Source: an uncultured Verrucomicrobiae bacterium (GTDB lineage Bacteria; Verrucomicrobiota; Verrucomicrobiia; Limisphaerales; Palsa-1400). Taken from it: 64,000 bases of DNA. Of the stretch, positions 39,312 through 48,663 are shown piece after piece. The stretch lies in assembly GCA_963764165.1 (NCBI GenBank), contig CAVXRD010000002.1:1408001-1472000 (forward strand), read 5' to 3'. Both the position numbers and the translations under genes were made by a program. The notes below the pieces were generated by a model. It made no database searches. It was not told where the DNA came from and saw nothing but the letters and a program-made list of their open reading frames with translations. Position 1 is the stretch's first letter. Each line of letters opens with the position of its first letter.

Positions 39312-41324
39312 ATGAGCGCACGAAAATTTGCCGTCATTTTATTGTTGGCTGGGGCCGCCGTTTTGAACTCCGGAGTCCGCGCGGCTGCTGCGGCTGAAGT
39401 TGTCTTCAAAGATTCCTGGAGCGACAGCGTCTCCAACAATCTGGTTGCCACGTCCGGTTTGTTTAGCACAACGATTTCGGTTCCATTCAACGGCGCGCTC
39501 GACGCCGTCGACATTGATTCCAACTCCGTCTTCAGCTTGAGCATCGGCCCGGGGGGAGCAACGGCTCTGATCGCGGACGGCACATTTGGAGATGCCACCG
39601 CCTATTCGGCATCGGGAAATTCGGCGACGTTTCAATTGCTGGACGCCAGCACGCTGGTGGTGGCCGGCACGATTAACGTGACGTGGAATTCCACCTCGAT
39701 CACCGCATCGGGCACGGCCTCGGCGGATATTTTGGGCGAGGAACTTCTTTTGCGGGCGGGATCGGCTCACACTGCCGGCACCAACGATCTGAGCACCGCG
39801 GGCGCGAACCATTTTTATGAAATCGTCTTGACGGTCGACGCATCGGATAACGGCGGGGGAATCTTCACCTATGACAATGCCTACATTCAAGTGACTGGCA
39901 GCAACAAGGAAACTGAATACGCCAGCAACTCGGTCTCTTTCCCGCTGGAATCCGGCTCGATCTCGGGCGCGCTTGTCCTGACGAATTCCATCACGGTTGC
40001 CGTCAACCCAGCGAAATCGGGAACGGTAACGGGTCTCCATACCGGCGAAAAATTGCAAGCCGGCAAGGCGTATAAAGTTACCGCGGCGCCGACGAGCAAA
40101 GAGTGGATATTCTCGGATTGGACTGATGGCGCTGGCGATGTCCTTGCCGCCACCCCAACCTTTACCTACACCAACGAAGCGGGCGGCGTGACCAATTTCT
40201 CGGAACTGGAGCTGGTCGCGAATTTTGTGACCAACGCATTTTACAAATCCGATTTGGCGGGAACGTATTCCGGCCTTTTCTACGTGGAAGGCACCTTGAA
40301 TCCGAGCAATACCGGATATATCACGATCACGGTCGGGCCGGGCGGCGCGTATTCCGGTCATCTCAATCTTTCCACGAGCCCGACCGGGCATCCGATTTCC
40401 GGCCAGCTTGCGGTCAATGGCGGCGTTGGAACTGCCACCTCGATCATCACCCTGAGTCGATCCAACAATCTGGCGGTCTACTTGCAAGTCGCCACCGACA
40501 CGAACCTGACAGATTCCGGCGCGGGCGCGTTGAGCGGCTACATCGTGGCGGACTACGGAACGAACTCGAGCGCGGCGCCGATCTACGCCCAAATTTCCGC
40601 GGTCAATACCAACATCACGCCCGGCGTCTATAATCTCGTGTTGACGCCGGCTTTCGATAATCCGGCCAGCGGCCCCGGGGGTTACAGTTACGGCACGGCC
40701 ACGGTCAGCAAGGAACGCAAAGTCACCTACGTGTTTAACCTATCCGACGGCAGTTCCCCAGTCACAACTGCGAGTTCCATTTATCGAAATGGAGAGAGTC
40801 CGATTTATGCGTCGCTTTATGGCGGGAAAGGGGCGCTGCTCGGGTTTATCGATTTCTCGACCACCGCGTCCAACACGATTTTGCCAAATGCCCTGACGTG
40901 GACCAAGCGTCCGGTGAAGGACGCCTATTATACAAACGGTTTCACCGCGTCTGCAGAACTCGCCGGCGCTCTTTACGTCCGCCCCAAAGCTGGCACCAAC
41001 GCCTTCGACGCCACCGACCTGACGCTCGTGGTGGACACCAATTATTACGGCTTTAACCTGCCGGATGCATTTGACATTCCGATCACGTTCAATCCCGTTC
41101 ACAACACCTTTGCCGGCACGAACGGCGCCAAAATCACATGGTCGCCCTCGACTGGAGCGATTTCGGGGACGTTTGTTGACAAGGCGGTCAGCAAGACCCC
41201 AATCACCTTCCACGGACTCGTGATCAACGGGGTGGCCTACGGTCACTATGCGGATTCGACGCTGAAGGAAACCGGCCCAATCACGCTTGGCGCGCCCGGC
41301 GGCACCAACGGCGCGTCTTTCTAG
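39312..41324 (+). CDS. Secreted Thr/Ser/Gly/Asn-rich beta-sheet surface protein
   Basis: Signal peptide; VTAAP...WIFSDWT...LVANF InlB-B-like repeat. Confidence 0.75.
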   Translation: MSARKFAVILLLAGAAVLNSGVRAAAAAEVVFKDSWSDSVSNNLVATSGLFSTTISVPFNGALDAVDIDSNSVFSLSIGPGGATALIADGTFGDATAYSASGNSATFQLLDASTLVVAGTINVTWNSTSITASGTASADILGEELLLRAGSAHTAGTNDLSTAGANHFYEIVLTVDASDNGGGIFTYDNAYIQVTGSNKETEYASNSVSFPLESGSISGALVLTNSITVAVNPAKSGTVTGLHTGEKLQAGKAYKVTAAPTSKEWIFSDWTDGAGDVLAATPTFTYTNEAGGVTNFSELELVANFVTNAFYKSDLAGTYSGLFYVEGTLNPSNTGYITITVGPGGAYSGHLNLSTSPTGHPISGQLAVNGGVGTATSIITLSRSNNLAVYLQVATDTNLTDSGAGALSGYIVADYGTNSSAAPIYAQISAVNTNITPGVYNLVLTPAFDNPASGPGGYSYGTATVSKERKVTYVFNLSDGSSPVTTASSIYRNGESPIYASLYGGKGALLGFIDFSTTASNTILPNALTWTKRPVKDAYYTNGFTASAELAGALYVRPKAGTNAFDATDLTLVVDTNYYGFNLPDAFDIPITFNPVHNTFAGTNGAKITWSPSTGAISGTFVDKAVSKTPITFHGLVINGVAYGHYADSTLKETGPITLGAPGGTNGASF

Positions 41325-41649
41325 TGTAGTGTCTCTTAAATAACTGGACATTCGTTGTGCCGCAGGGCGTCAGGTCTTTTTGTCGCAGTCTTCGTTGCTC
41401 GCTCCTCACAGATCTATGCGGACATGCTCGTCGCTCGCGCCTCGCCCAGGCGTCCGGGTTGAGGCGTTATTCGTGCGCAAAGCCGGACATCTCTCCAAAA
41501 CGTCCCCGCCACCGCGATTTTTATTGTTAGTTTTCTCCCCGTTCGCTACTCGTCATCACATGCTGAAAGGCGAGAGGTCCGAACACAAAACGGAGGCCAT
41601 TGCTGAAGCGGTGGCTAAATTTCCCTCCGGGAAGAATCGTTAACCGCGC

Positions 41650-42525
41650 ATGAAATCGAATGCCGCCAGCGTTGGCCCGATTAAATTCCACAAGCTCAAC
41701 GCGGCAGATTGGGAATGGCGCGACGCCTATCACTGGCTCCTGACGCTGCGGTGGCCGCAATTCTCGGCCTGCATTTTCGGGCTTTATCTCGGCATCAATC
41801 TCACCTTCTCGCTTTGTTATCACCTGCGCGCCGGCTGCATCGCGGGGATGGACTCCAACTCGTGGGCCGATGCGTTTTTCTTCAGCGTCGAAACGCTCGC
41901 CACAGTTGGCTACGGCCACATGTACCCCGCAACCACTTACGGGCATCTCGTGGCGACGATGGAAATTATCGTGGGGATGTTCGGGATGGCCATCGTCACC
42001 GGCCTGATTTTCATCCGCTTCTCGCGGCCCATTGCGCGGATCGTTTTCAGCGATCCGATGGTTCTCTCGAACTTCGACGGGCAGCCAGCCCTGATGTATC
42101 GCGTGGCCAACCTGCGGGAGCAATCGATGGCGGAAGCCGAATTTCGAATCATTTTGATGCGCAACGAACACGTCAAGGAAGGTGAAACATTACGGCGCTT
42201 TTACCCGCTCACGCTGCAATTCGACCGTTTGATTCTGTTCCCCGCCATCGCCACCATCCGCCACGTCATCGACGAGAAAAGCCCGCTCTTCGGAAAATCG
42301 CTGGCGGACATGGAGCGCGACGATTGCGTATTTGCCGCATCCATCGTTTGCGTGGACACAGTGATTCCCGCGCCCGTTCAAAGCAACCACGTCTACTCAT
42401 GGAGGGACATCCGCCCGGGGCAAAAGTTCGTTGAAGTTTACAAGGAAATCCACGATAATGCCCTTACCGTCGATTACGGCCTTATCCACACGACGGAACC
42501 TGCGAGGATTGCATATGACAAATGA
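41650..42525 (+). CDS. Inward-rectifier potassium channel (KirBac family)
   Basis: DAYHWLL, AFFFSVETLATVGYG selectivity filter, HVIDEKSPLFG. Confidence 0.92.
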   Translation: MKSNAASVGPIKFHKLNAADWEWRDAYHWLLTLRWPQFSACIFGLYLGINLTFSLCYHLRAGCIAGMDSNSWADAFFFSVETLATVGYGHMYPATTYGHLVATMEIIVGMFGMAIVTGLIFIRFSRPIARIVFSDPMVLSNFDGQPALMYRVANLREQSMAEAEFRIILMRNEHVKEGETLRRFYPLTLQFDRLILFPAIATIRHVIDEKSPLFGKSLADMERDDCVFAASIVCVDTVIPAPVQSNHVYSWRDIRPGQKFVEVYKEIHDNALTVDYGLIHTTEPARIAYDK

Positions 42526-42733
42526 AGAATTGATAACTGTTGCGCGGTCGCACCTTTCGGACATGCCGGAACTGTCCTGCCAACCTTGGGCGACGCCGGA
42601 AAACATGCCGAATGCATCCATAACGGACACCGTGATTGTTACTTTCACAGGCGACAAAACTCCGGGGCGAATGCTGGTCGTTCTGGAAAAGCAAACCGGC
42701 AGGTTTGTCTTTTCAGGGACTCATCCGCAGTGA
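42515..42733 (+). CDS. Small hypothetical protein
   Basis: 72-aa ORF overlapping the Kir stop codon, with upstream GAGG. Confidence 0.45.
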   Translation: MTNEELITVARSHLSDMPELSCQPWATPENMPNASITDTVIVTFTGDKTPGRMLVVLEKQTGRFVFSGTHPQ

Positions 42734-42795
42734 GAAGCCGATCGATGGCCCCTGCTCGCCCCACAGGCAGCTCAATGTCATCGTCGAGGTCGCCT

Positions 42796-43569
42796 TCACG
42801 CCGCTTTCGGTGAAGAAGCGGGCTGTCGTTTCGTTTCCCCGCTTGATGGAATCAGCCAGGTGATCAGAACGACGAGGGCTAAAGGAAATGCGAGTCTTGC
42901 ATTGGGATTCAGTTTCGTGCCGAGGTCGATCCACCTGCGATATTCTTCCCAGCTTAAATTATCGTTGGCCAACGCACCAAAGCGCTCAAGTGCATGGGCC
43001 ACCAACACTGCCGCCAATCCAATCATTAAAAAACGCGCACGCGACTGAAAAAAGAGCCGCCACAATTTAAAGGACGCGCGGGATGAGCATCGGCCGACAA
43101 GAACGGTCCCGCAAATAACTGAGACCGCACCAATCCCCTCGTCAATTCCGAGATCGGCGAGGCCATCTCTCAATCCGTCCACCCACCAAAACAGAACTTC
43201 GGTCCGGTTCATGTTCCCGGAGTGCAGTTCAATAAATCCAAGCAAGCCGCTCACTCCCTCACACAGGCCCTGAAAAATCCGCACCATCAGCATCGCGGTC
43301 GCAATCCACAGCACCCACCTTTTCCAGACGGGCGAGGAATCGGTTTTGGCAAATTCCTCCCCAATCTGAAGAGGTTGTCCGATGCGGCGGCAGGCCAGCC
43401 AGAACGATTCTTCTTCATTGAGGCCGCGCGCGCCAAATTCCTTCACGGTATCCAGCAAATGCGTTTCCAACTCCCGGCGGGATTCCGGCGTCAGCCCTGG
43501 CTGCGCGGCGAGTTCTTCGCTCCACGTTTGAACGCTGCCTTTTAAGTCGAACTGGGTTGAATGTTCCAT
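42796..43569 (-). CDS. Permease-prefix-domain membrane protein (PadR partner)
   Basis: ELETHL...GLNEEESF..A..RIG, followed by transmembrane helices. Confidence 0.75.
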   Translation of the reverse strand: MEHSTQFDLKGSVQTWSEELAAQPGLTPESRRELETHLLDTVKEFGARGLNEEESFWLACRRIGQPLQIGEEFAKTDSSPVWKRWVLWIATAMLMVRIFQGLCEGVSGLLGFIELHSGNMNRTEVLFWWVDGLRDGLADLGIDEGIGAVSVICGTVLVGRCSSRASFKLWRLFFQSRARFLMIGLAAVLVAHALERFGALANDNLSWEEYRRWIDLGTKLNPNARLAFPLALVVLITWLIPSSGETKRQPASSPKAA

Positions 43570-43880
43570 AATTTGCAGAGTGTGTTATGAACGGCGAGCC
43601 ACTGATCGCGCTCCTCGACTATCGCCTTCCGGCCGTCGCGGCTGAGGCGGTAATATTTTCGGTCGCGGCCCGTATCGGACTCTTTCCATTCTGACTCGAT
43701 CAGCTCTTCCGCCTCCAGGCGGTGGAGCACCGGATAGAGCATGCCGTCGCTCCATTCGATCCGTCCGCCTGACAACTCACGCACCTTCCGAATGATCTCA
43801 TAACCATAGCTTTCGCCCTCGGCGAGAATGGAGAGCACGAGCGGTTTGGAGGAGGCGGCGACCAAATCTTTCGTGAGCAT
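43542..43880 (-). CDS. PadR family transcriptional regulator
   Basis: SYGYEI, GMLYPVLHRLE, RKYYRL. Confidence 0.92.
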   Translation of the reverse strand: MLTKDLVAASSKPLVLSILAEGESYGYEIIRKVRELSGGRIEWSDGMLYPVLHRLEAEELIESEWKESDTGRDRKYYRLSRDGRKAIVEERDQWLAVHNTLCKLWNIQPSST

Positions 43881-44015
43881 AGATGCTTTATACATTGAAC
43901 ATCAATGTATGGCAACAAGAAAATATGGCGCGGCCAACGCAAACAGCAACAACGGGATCCCTTCGCAACCTTTCCACCTTTGGAGTGTTTCATGAACATC
44001 AAAGCGAACCGCAGA

Positions 44016-44159
44016 AGAGCCACAGATTGACACAGATCAACACAGATTTTCTGATTTGGCAGGCGTTGCCCCGGCGCAACAGTGGTGACCGGATCAAGTC
44101 CCTTTTGTATCGCCTTTACAATTTCTTATCTGTGTTGATCTGTGTCCGTCTGTGGCTCT
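44016..44159. repeat. Inverted pair of triplicated CACAGAT units
   Basis: GAGCCACAGATTGACACAGATCAACACAGAT ... ATCTGTGTTGATCTGTGTCCGTCTGTGGCTC; half copy at 37946-37965. Confidence 0.8.
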
Positions 44160-44247
44160 CCGTCCGAGGTTCGTCATTGGCCCAAAATTTCGTTGCAATG
44201 TTTTCGCGGCGTTCTCATCCTTCGTGTCAACGCAAACCCTGAAATTT

Positions 44248-45279
44248 ATGTCTGACAATTGTTTTCATCCGAGCATCGAAGGCGCGCAGCATGGCGCGAA
44301 ATCCCTCGCCGATTTCATCGATTACGCAAAGGCGTCTGGCGCGGCGGGCGCACAACCGTCGAATTTCATGCTCCATGAGGGCGCGAAATTTAAGAAGGCC
44401 GCCGAAATCAAAGAGGCGTTCGCCTCCCGCGGCATGACGCTGGACGGCATTTCCGCGCATTGCCCGTTCTGGGTGCATACTACGGCTTGGACGGAAAGCC
44501 CGACGGTTCGCCCGTTCCTGCCTCCGGATGTGGCCAAGAAATCGGCCGGGGAAATCGAGAAGTGGAGCGAGACTTACCTATTGAAACTGCTGGATTTGGC
44601 GGCGGAACTTGGCGTGAAAATTGTGCCGATGTTCTGGGGAGTCGCTTTTGGATGGGAATTGGCCACCGGTTATCCTTGGGGATTTTGGAAGGGCGGCGAT
44701 TACGATTTGCTGGCCGAAGGAAAGGCGCGTTTTGTCAAGAAGACGGCGAAAATCCGGGCCCACGCCAATAAGCTGGGAATCTTCCTGGCCCACGAAATCC
44801 ATCCGGGCACCGCCGCGATGTGCGCCGATGACTTCAATTTGATTGTTGCCGCCTGCGACGGCGACAAATGCCTCGCAGTCAATGCTGATCCCTCGCATTG
44901 CTGGGAGGGCGAGAGTTGGGAGACGCGGTTCATGAAGGTCGCTTCCCGCGTCTATGCCTGCCACGTCAAGAATTTCGTCATCCGCCCCGGCTTCCCGCTG
45001 CGCATGATGGAAGGCGGCTGGCAGAAACGCGCCATGCAATTCGTGGACATCCCATCCGGCGATCTGAACATGACGCGATACGTTGAGTTGCTCATCCACA
45101 TCGGCTACCCGCAGCGTTATTGCGCGGCGATGAAAACCAAGACGGCGCCGCTGATTGTCGAAGCCGAAAGCGCCTACCGCGATCTTGACAAAACGAGCGC
45201 CAATGGCATCGCTTTCGTGCGCGATAATTTATGCTTTCCGATCGCGGCGGGGTCATTCGAAGAGGGGATGGGGGCGTGA
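44248..45279 (+). CDS. Sugar phosphate isomerase/epimerase (AP2/xylose isomerase TIM barrel)
   Basis: AHEIHPG, VNADPSH, CHVK and VEAE metal ligands. Confidence 0.85.
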   Translation: MSDNCFHPSIEGAQHGAKSLADFIDYAKASGAAGAQPSNFMLHEGAKFKKAAEIKEAFASRGMTLDGISAHCPFWVHTTAWTESPTVRPFLPPDVAKKSAGEIEKWSETYLLKLLDLAAELGVKIVPMFWGVAFGWELATGYPWGFWKGGDYDLLAEGKARFVKKTAKIRAHANKLGIFLAHEIHPGTAAMCADDFNLIVAACDGDKCLAVNADPSHCWEGESWETRFMKVASRVYACHVKNFVIRPGFPLRMMEGGWQKRAMQFVDIPSGDLNMTRYVELLIHIGYPQRYCAAMKTKTAPLIVEAESAYRDLDKTSANGIAFVRDNLCFPIAAGSFEEGMGA

Positions 45280-45331
45280 GTTGCGTCAACATTGTAATGC
45301 ATTCCCTTACAATAATAAAAGTTGCCAACTT

Positions 45332-45577
45332 ATGACACTCCGTTATGATATTCAGATTGTGAGAGCCAGATCGGTGGTAAAGTCGTTGTTGCTGGCGTCA
45401 GTCATTGCGGTGATTGGCGGCGGTTGCGGCGGCATTGCGGCCACACCGGCTTTCTCGCCTCTGATGTTCCTGTTGCCAGGATTGGGCCAGGCCAAGCCGG
45501 CCGCTCCGACTCCTTCGGTGACGAACGCACCTTCGATGCAGGTCGCGTCGAATCGGGATTTGTCCCAAGTAAATTAA
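45332..45577 (+). CDS. Small putative lipoprotein
   Basis: Hydrophobic stretch then GGGC; ends 6 nt before hpnH. Confidence 0.5.
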   Translation: MTLRYDIQIVRARSVVKSLLLASVIAVIGGGCGGIAATPAFSPLMFLLPGLGQAKPAAPTPSVTNAPSMQVASNRDLSQVN

Positions 45578-45583
45578 AAAATT

Positions 45584-46921
45584 ATGCGGTTTCCACTCGC
45601 GTTGACGGCGAAAATCGCCGCCCACATTGTCAAACAGAAGCTTTCGCGCACCCCAAAGTTCGCCTTGGTTTTGCAACTTGAACCGTTGCACACCTGTAAC
45701 TTGACTTGCACCGGCTGCGGGCGCATCCGGGAATATTCCACGTATCTAAAGGATAAGATGTCGCTGGAAGATTGCCTCGGCGCGGCCGCCGAATGCGATG
45801 CGCCGATGGTTTCCATTTGCGGCGGCGAACCGCTGATCTACCCGGAAATCGAAGCGTTGACAGAAGGCCTTTTGAAGCAGGGGCGCATTGTTTATATGTG
45901 CACCAACGGCGTGTTCATGCGCCGGAAGATGAAGGATTATCTCGCGAGCGCTTACTCCGAAAAGATGGAGCCGAAGATCGCGAAATTGATCGCGGAGAAT
46001 TTAATTACTGACAAGGAAGCGGCCACCATTCGCAAGGGCAAATCCGACAACAAGCCGACCATTCGCCCGACCAAGTGGATGTATTGGAACGTTCATATTG
46101 ACGGTCTGGAATACACGCACGATTTGATCGTTGAAAAAGAAGGCGTGTTCAAGGAATGCGTCGAGGCCATCAAGATGGCGAAGATCCTCGGCTATCAGGT
46201 GGCGACCAACACGACGGTGTACAAGGAAGCGGACGTCAAAGAAATCGAGGACATGTTCAAGTTCTTCTCCTCGCTGGAAGTGGACGCGCACACGATTTCC
46301 CCGGGCTATGAATATGACGCGGCCAAGAAAGACATGGTCACCCGCCTGGGCAAACAGCCGGAAGATTTCTTTTTGACGCGCAAAATGACGCGCGAGAAGT
46401 TCAAAGACATCGAGAAGTGGGCGGATCGTTTTACGATCATCGGCACGCGAGTCTACCAGGAATTCCTCGCCGGCAAGCGCGAATTAACCTGCACCGCATG
46501 GGCAATTCCGACCCGCAACATCCGCGGCTGGAAAGCCCCCTGCTACCTCATGACCGACGGCCATTACGCCCATTATCAGGAGATGCTCGAAAAGGTGGAT
46601 TGGTCCAAGTATGGCGTGGTGAACGGCGTGGCCCGCGATTCGCGCTGCGAGAACTGCATGGTTCACTGCGGCTACGACCCGAGCGGCGCGCTGAGCACGA
46701 GCTTGAGCGATACTTGGAAGAACATGTCTTACAATTTCAGCGCCAAGCCGAAGCCTTATTACGAGGGCCGGAGCGTGAAAGCCTTCAACGGTTTTTCCAT
46801 TGGCAAAGGTCATCTGGCGGAAGCGAAGGCGGCGATCAATGCGCCTGCGGCAAGCTGCGGAACAGGCGACAGCGCCCAGCGCGACGAGCTTTTGGCCAAG
46901 GTCAATCCAAAGAAGCCTTGA
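45584..46921 (+). CDS. hpnH: Adenosylhopane synthase-like radical SAM protein (DUF3463)
   Basis: LEPLHTCNLTCTGCG, ICGGEPL, CTAWAIPTRN, RCENCMVHCGY. Confidence 0.85.
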   Translation: MRFPLALTAKIAAHIVKQKLSRTPKFALVLQLEPLHTCNLTCTGCGRIREYSTYLKDKMSLEDCLGAAAECDAPMVSICGGEPLIYPEIEALTEGLLKQGRIVYMCTNGVFMRRKMKDYLASAYSEKMEPKIAKLIAENLITDKEAATIRKGKSDNKPTIRPTKWMYWNVHIDGLEYTHDLIVEKEGVFKECVEAIKMAKILGYQVATNTTVYKEADVKEIEDMFKFFSSLEVDAHTISPGYEYDAAKKDMVTRLGKQPEDFFLTRKMTREKFKDIEKWADRFTIIGTRVYQEFLAGKRELTCTAWAIPTRNIRGWKAPCYLMTDGHYAHYQEMLEKVDWSKYGVVNGVARDSRCENCMVHCGYDPSGALSTSLSDTWKNMSYNFSAKPKPYYEGRSVKAFNGFSIGKGHLAEAKAAINAPAASCGTGDSAQRDELLAKVNPKKP

Positions 46922-47001
46922 CGTAATAAATTCGCGGGCCATCCTGCCCGCGAGGTTTGGCATTCGAATTTTCGATCAGTTCAGTGTTGTCACAATAAAG
47001 T

Positions 47002-48459
47002 ATGAGTAAGACGCTATTTCTTTCGCCTCCGAGCTTTGATGGTTTTGACGGCGGGGCCGGTTCCCGTTATCAAGCGCGGCGCGAAGTCACTTCATTCTGG
47101 TATCCGACATGGCTCGCCCAGCCGGCGGCCCTTGTGCCGAACAGCCGGTTGCTGGATTGCCCGCCGCACGACATCGACATTAAAAAATGCCTCGAAATCG
47201 CGAAGGATTACGATCACGTCATCATTAACACTTCGACGCCGTCGTTGAAAAACGACAGCAAAGTCGCCGAGGCGATCAAAGACCAGCGGAAGGATGTGAC
47301 AATCGGATTCGTCGGCGCGCACGCCGCGGTTCTTCCGACGGAAACGTTGAAGGCTTCCAAAGCCATTGATTGGGTCGGCCGCAAGGAATTTGATTTCACC
47401 TGCAAAGACGTTGCGGATGGCAGACCGTTGGACAAAATTGATGGGCTTTCCTATCGCAATGCCGAAGGGAAAATCATCCACAATCGCGAGCGCGAAATGA
47501 TCAGCAACATGGACACGCTCCCGTGGGTGGTCGACACCTACAAGCGCGATCTGCAGATCGAGAAGTATTTCATCGGTTACCTGATGCATCCGTATCTGAG
47601 CCTTTACACCGGTCGCGGATGCCCGGCGCAATGCACGTTCTGCCTCTGGCCGCAAACCATCGGCGGGCACAAATATCGCGTCCGTTCCCCCGAGAACGTC
47701 GCTGGCGAAATGGCTTACGCGAAGAAGCTCTTCCCGCAAGTGCGCGAATTCTTTTTCGATGACGACACCTTCACAGCCAACCTGCCCCGCGCCCGCGAAA
47801 TCGCCAAGAAACTCGCGCCGCTCGGCTTGACGTGGTCTTGCAACAGCCGCGCCAATCTCGATTATGACACCATCAAGTCATTCAAGGATTCCGGGCTGCG
47901 CCTGTTCCTCGTCGGTTACGAGAGCGGCAACCAGGATATTTTGAACCGCATCAAGAAGGGCATTCAATTGGAGGAATCGCACAAATTCACCAAGGCTTGC
48001 CACAAGGCCGGCGTGGTCATCCACGGCACCTTCATCCTGGGATTGCCCGTCGAAACGCGCGAAACAATCGAGCAAACGATTCGTTACGCGATGGATTTGG
48101 ACGTGTTCAGCATCCAGGTTTCTCTCGCCGCGCCCTATCCCGGGACGGAACTGTTCGACATGGCCCGCCAGAATGGCTGGTTCGCCAAGAAGGACAAGAC
48201 GGACATCGTACATGACGACGGATTCCAGCAAAGCTCGCTGGAATATCCGGGCCTGAGCAAAGACGAAATTTTTGAAGCCGTCGACCGGTTCTATCGAGCG
48301 TATTACCTGCGCCCGAAACCGATCCTGCGCATCATCAAGACGATGCTGGAAGACAAGGACGTCTGCGTCCGCCGCTGCCGCGAAGGATTCGAATTTTTCA
48401 AGAGCCTGCGCCAGCGGAAAGTTGATTTGGCCGCGTCCCGCGCTCTGCAAGCCGCGTAA
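47002..48459 (+). CDS. hpnJ: Hopanoid biosynthesis radical SAM protein
   Basis: PPSFDGFDGGAGSRYQA, FWYPTWLAQPAA, GCPAQCTFCLWPQT. Confidence 0.9.
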   Translation: MSKTLFLSPPSFDGFDGGAGSRYQARREVTSFWYPTWLAQPAALVPNSRLLDCPPHDIDIKKCLEIAKDYDHVIINTSTPSLKNDSKVAEAIKDQRKDVTIGFVGAHAAVLPTETLKASKAIDWVGRKEFDFTCKDVADGRPLDKIDGLSYRNAEGKIIHNREREMISNMDTLPWVVDTYKRDLQIEKYFIGYLMHPYLSLYTGRGCPAQCTFCLWPQTIGGHKYRVRSPENVAGEMAYAKKLFPQVREFFFDDDTFTANLPRAREIAKKLAPLGLTWSCNSRANLDYDTIKSFKDSGLRLFLVGYESGNQDILNRIKKGIQLEESHKFTKACHKAGVVIHGTFILGLPVETRETIEQTIRYAMDLDVFSIQVSLAAPYPGTELFDMARQNGWFAKKDKTDIVHDDGFQQSSLEYPGLSKDEIFEAVDRFYRAYYLRPKPILRIIKTMLEDKDVCVRRCREGFEFFKSLRQRKVDLAASRALQAA

Positions 48460-48663
48460 ACGCGGAATGAATTTGGCGGAGCTTCGCTTGACAAGGCGGG
48501 CTTCTGCCAAGAGGCTTGGTTGCTCCGGAGTGCGCGCCGGAATTCTTTTGGCGGTGTTTTCTTTTTCATTAACACCCCCGCTGAAGCGGGGGGTTAATAG
48601 CAGGAACGGCGGAGAGCAATATATTCGCTTGCATACAATTCATCCGGCTGACTGCGCCGCGAA

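Noticed and set aside
41321..41490. Possible MITE starting CTAGTGTAGTGTCTC at a stop codon
   Set aside because: Looks like an element end, but there is no matching right end or second copy in the window
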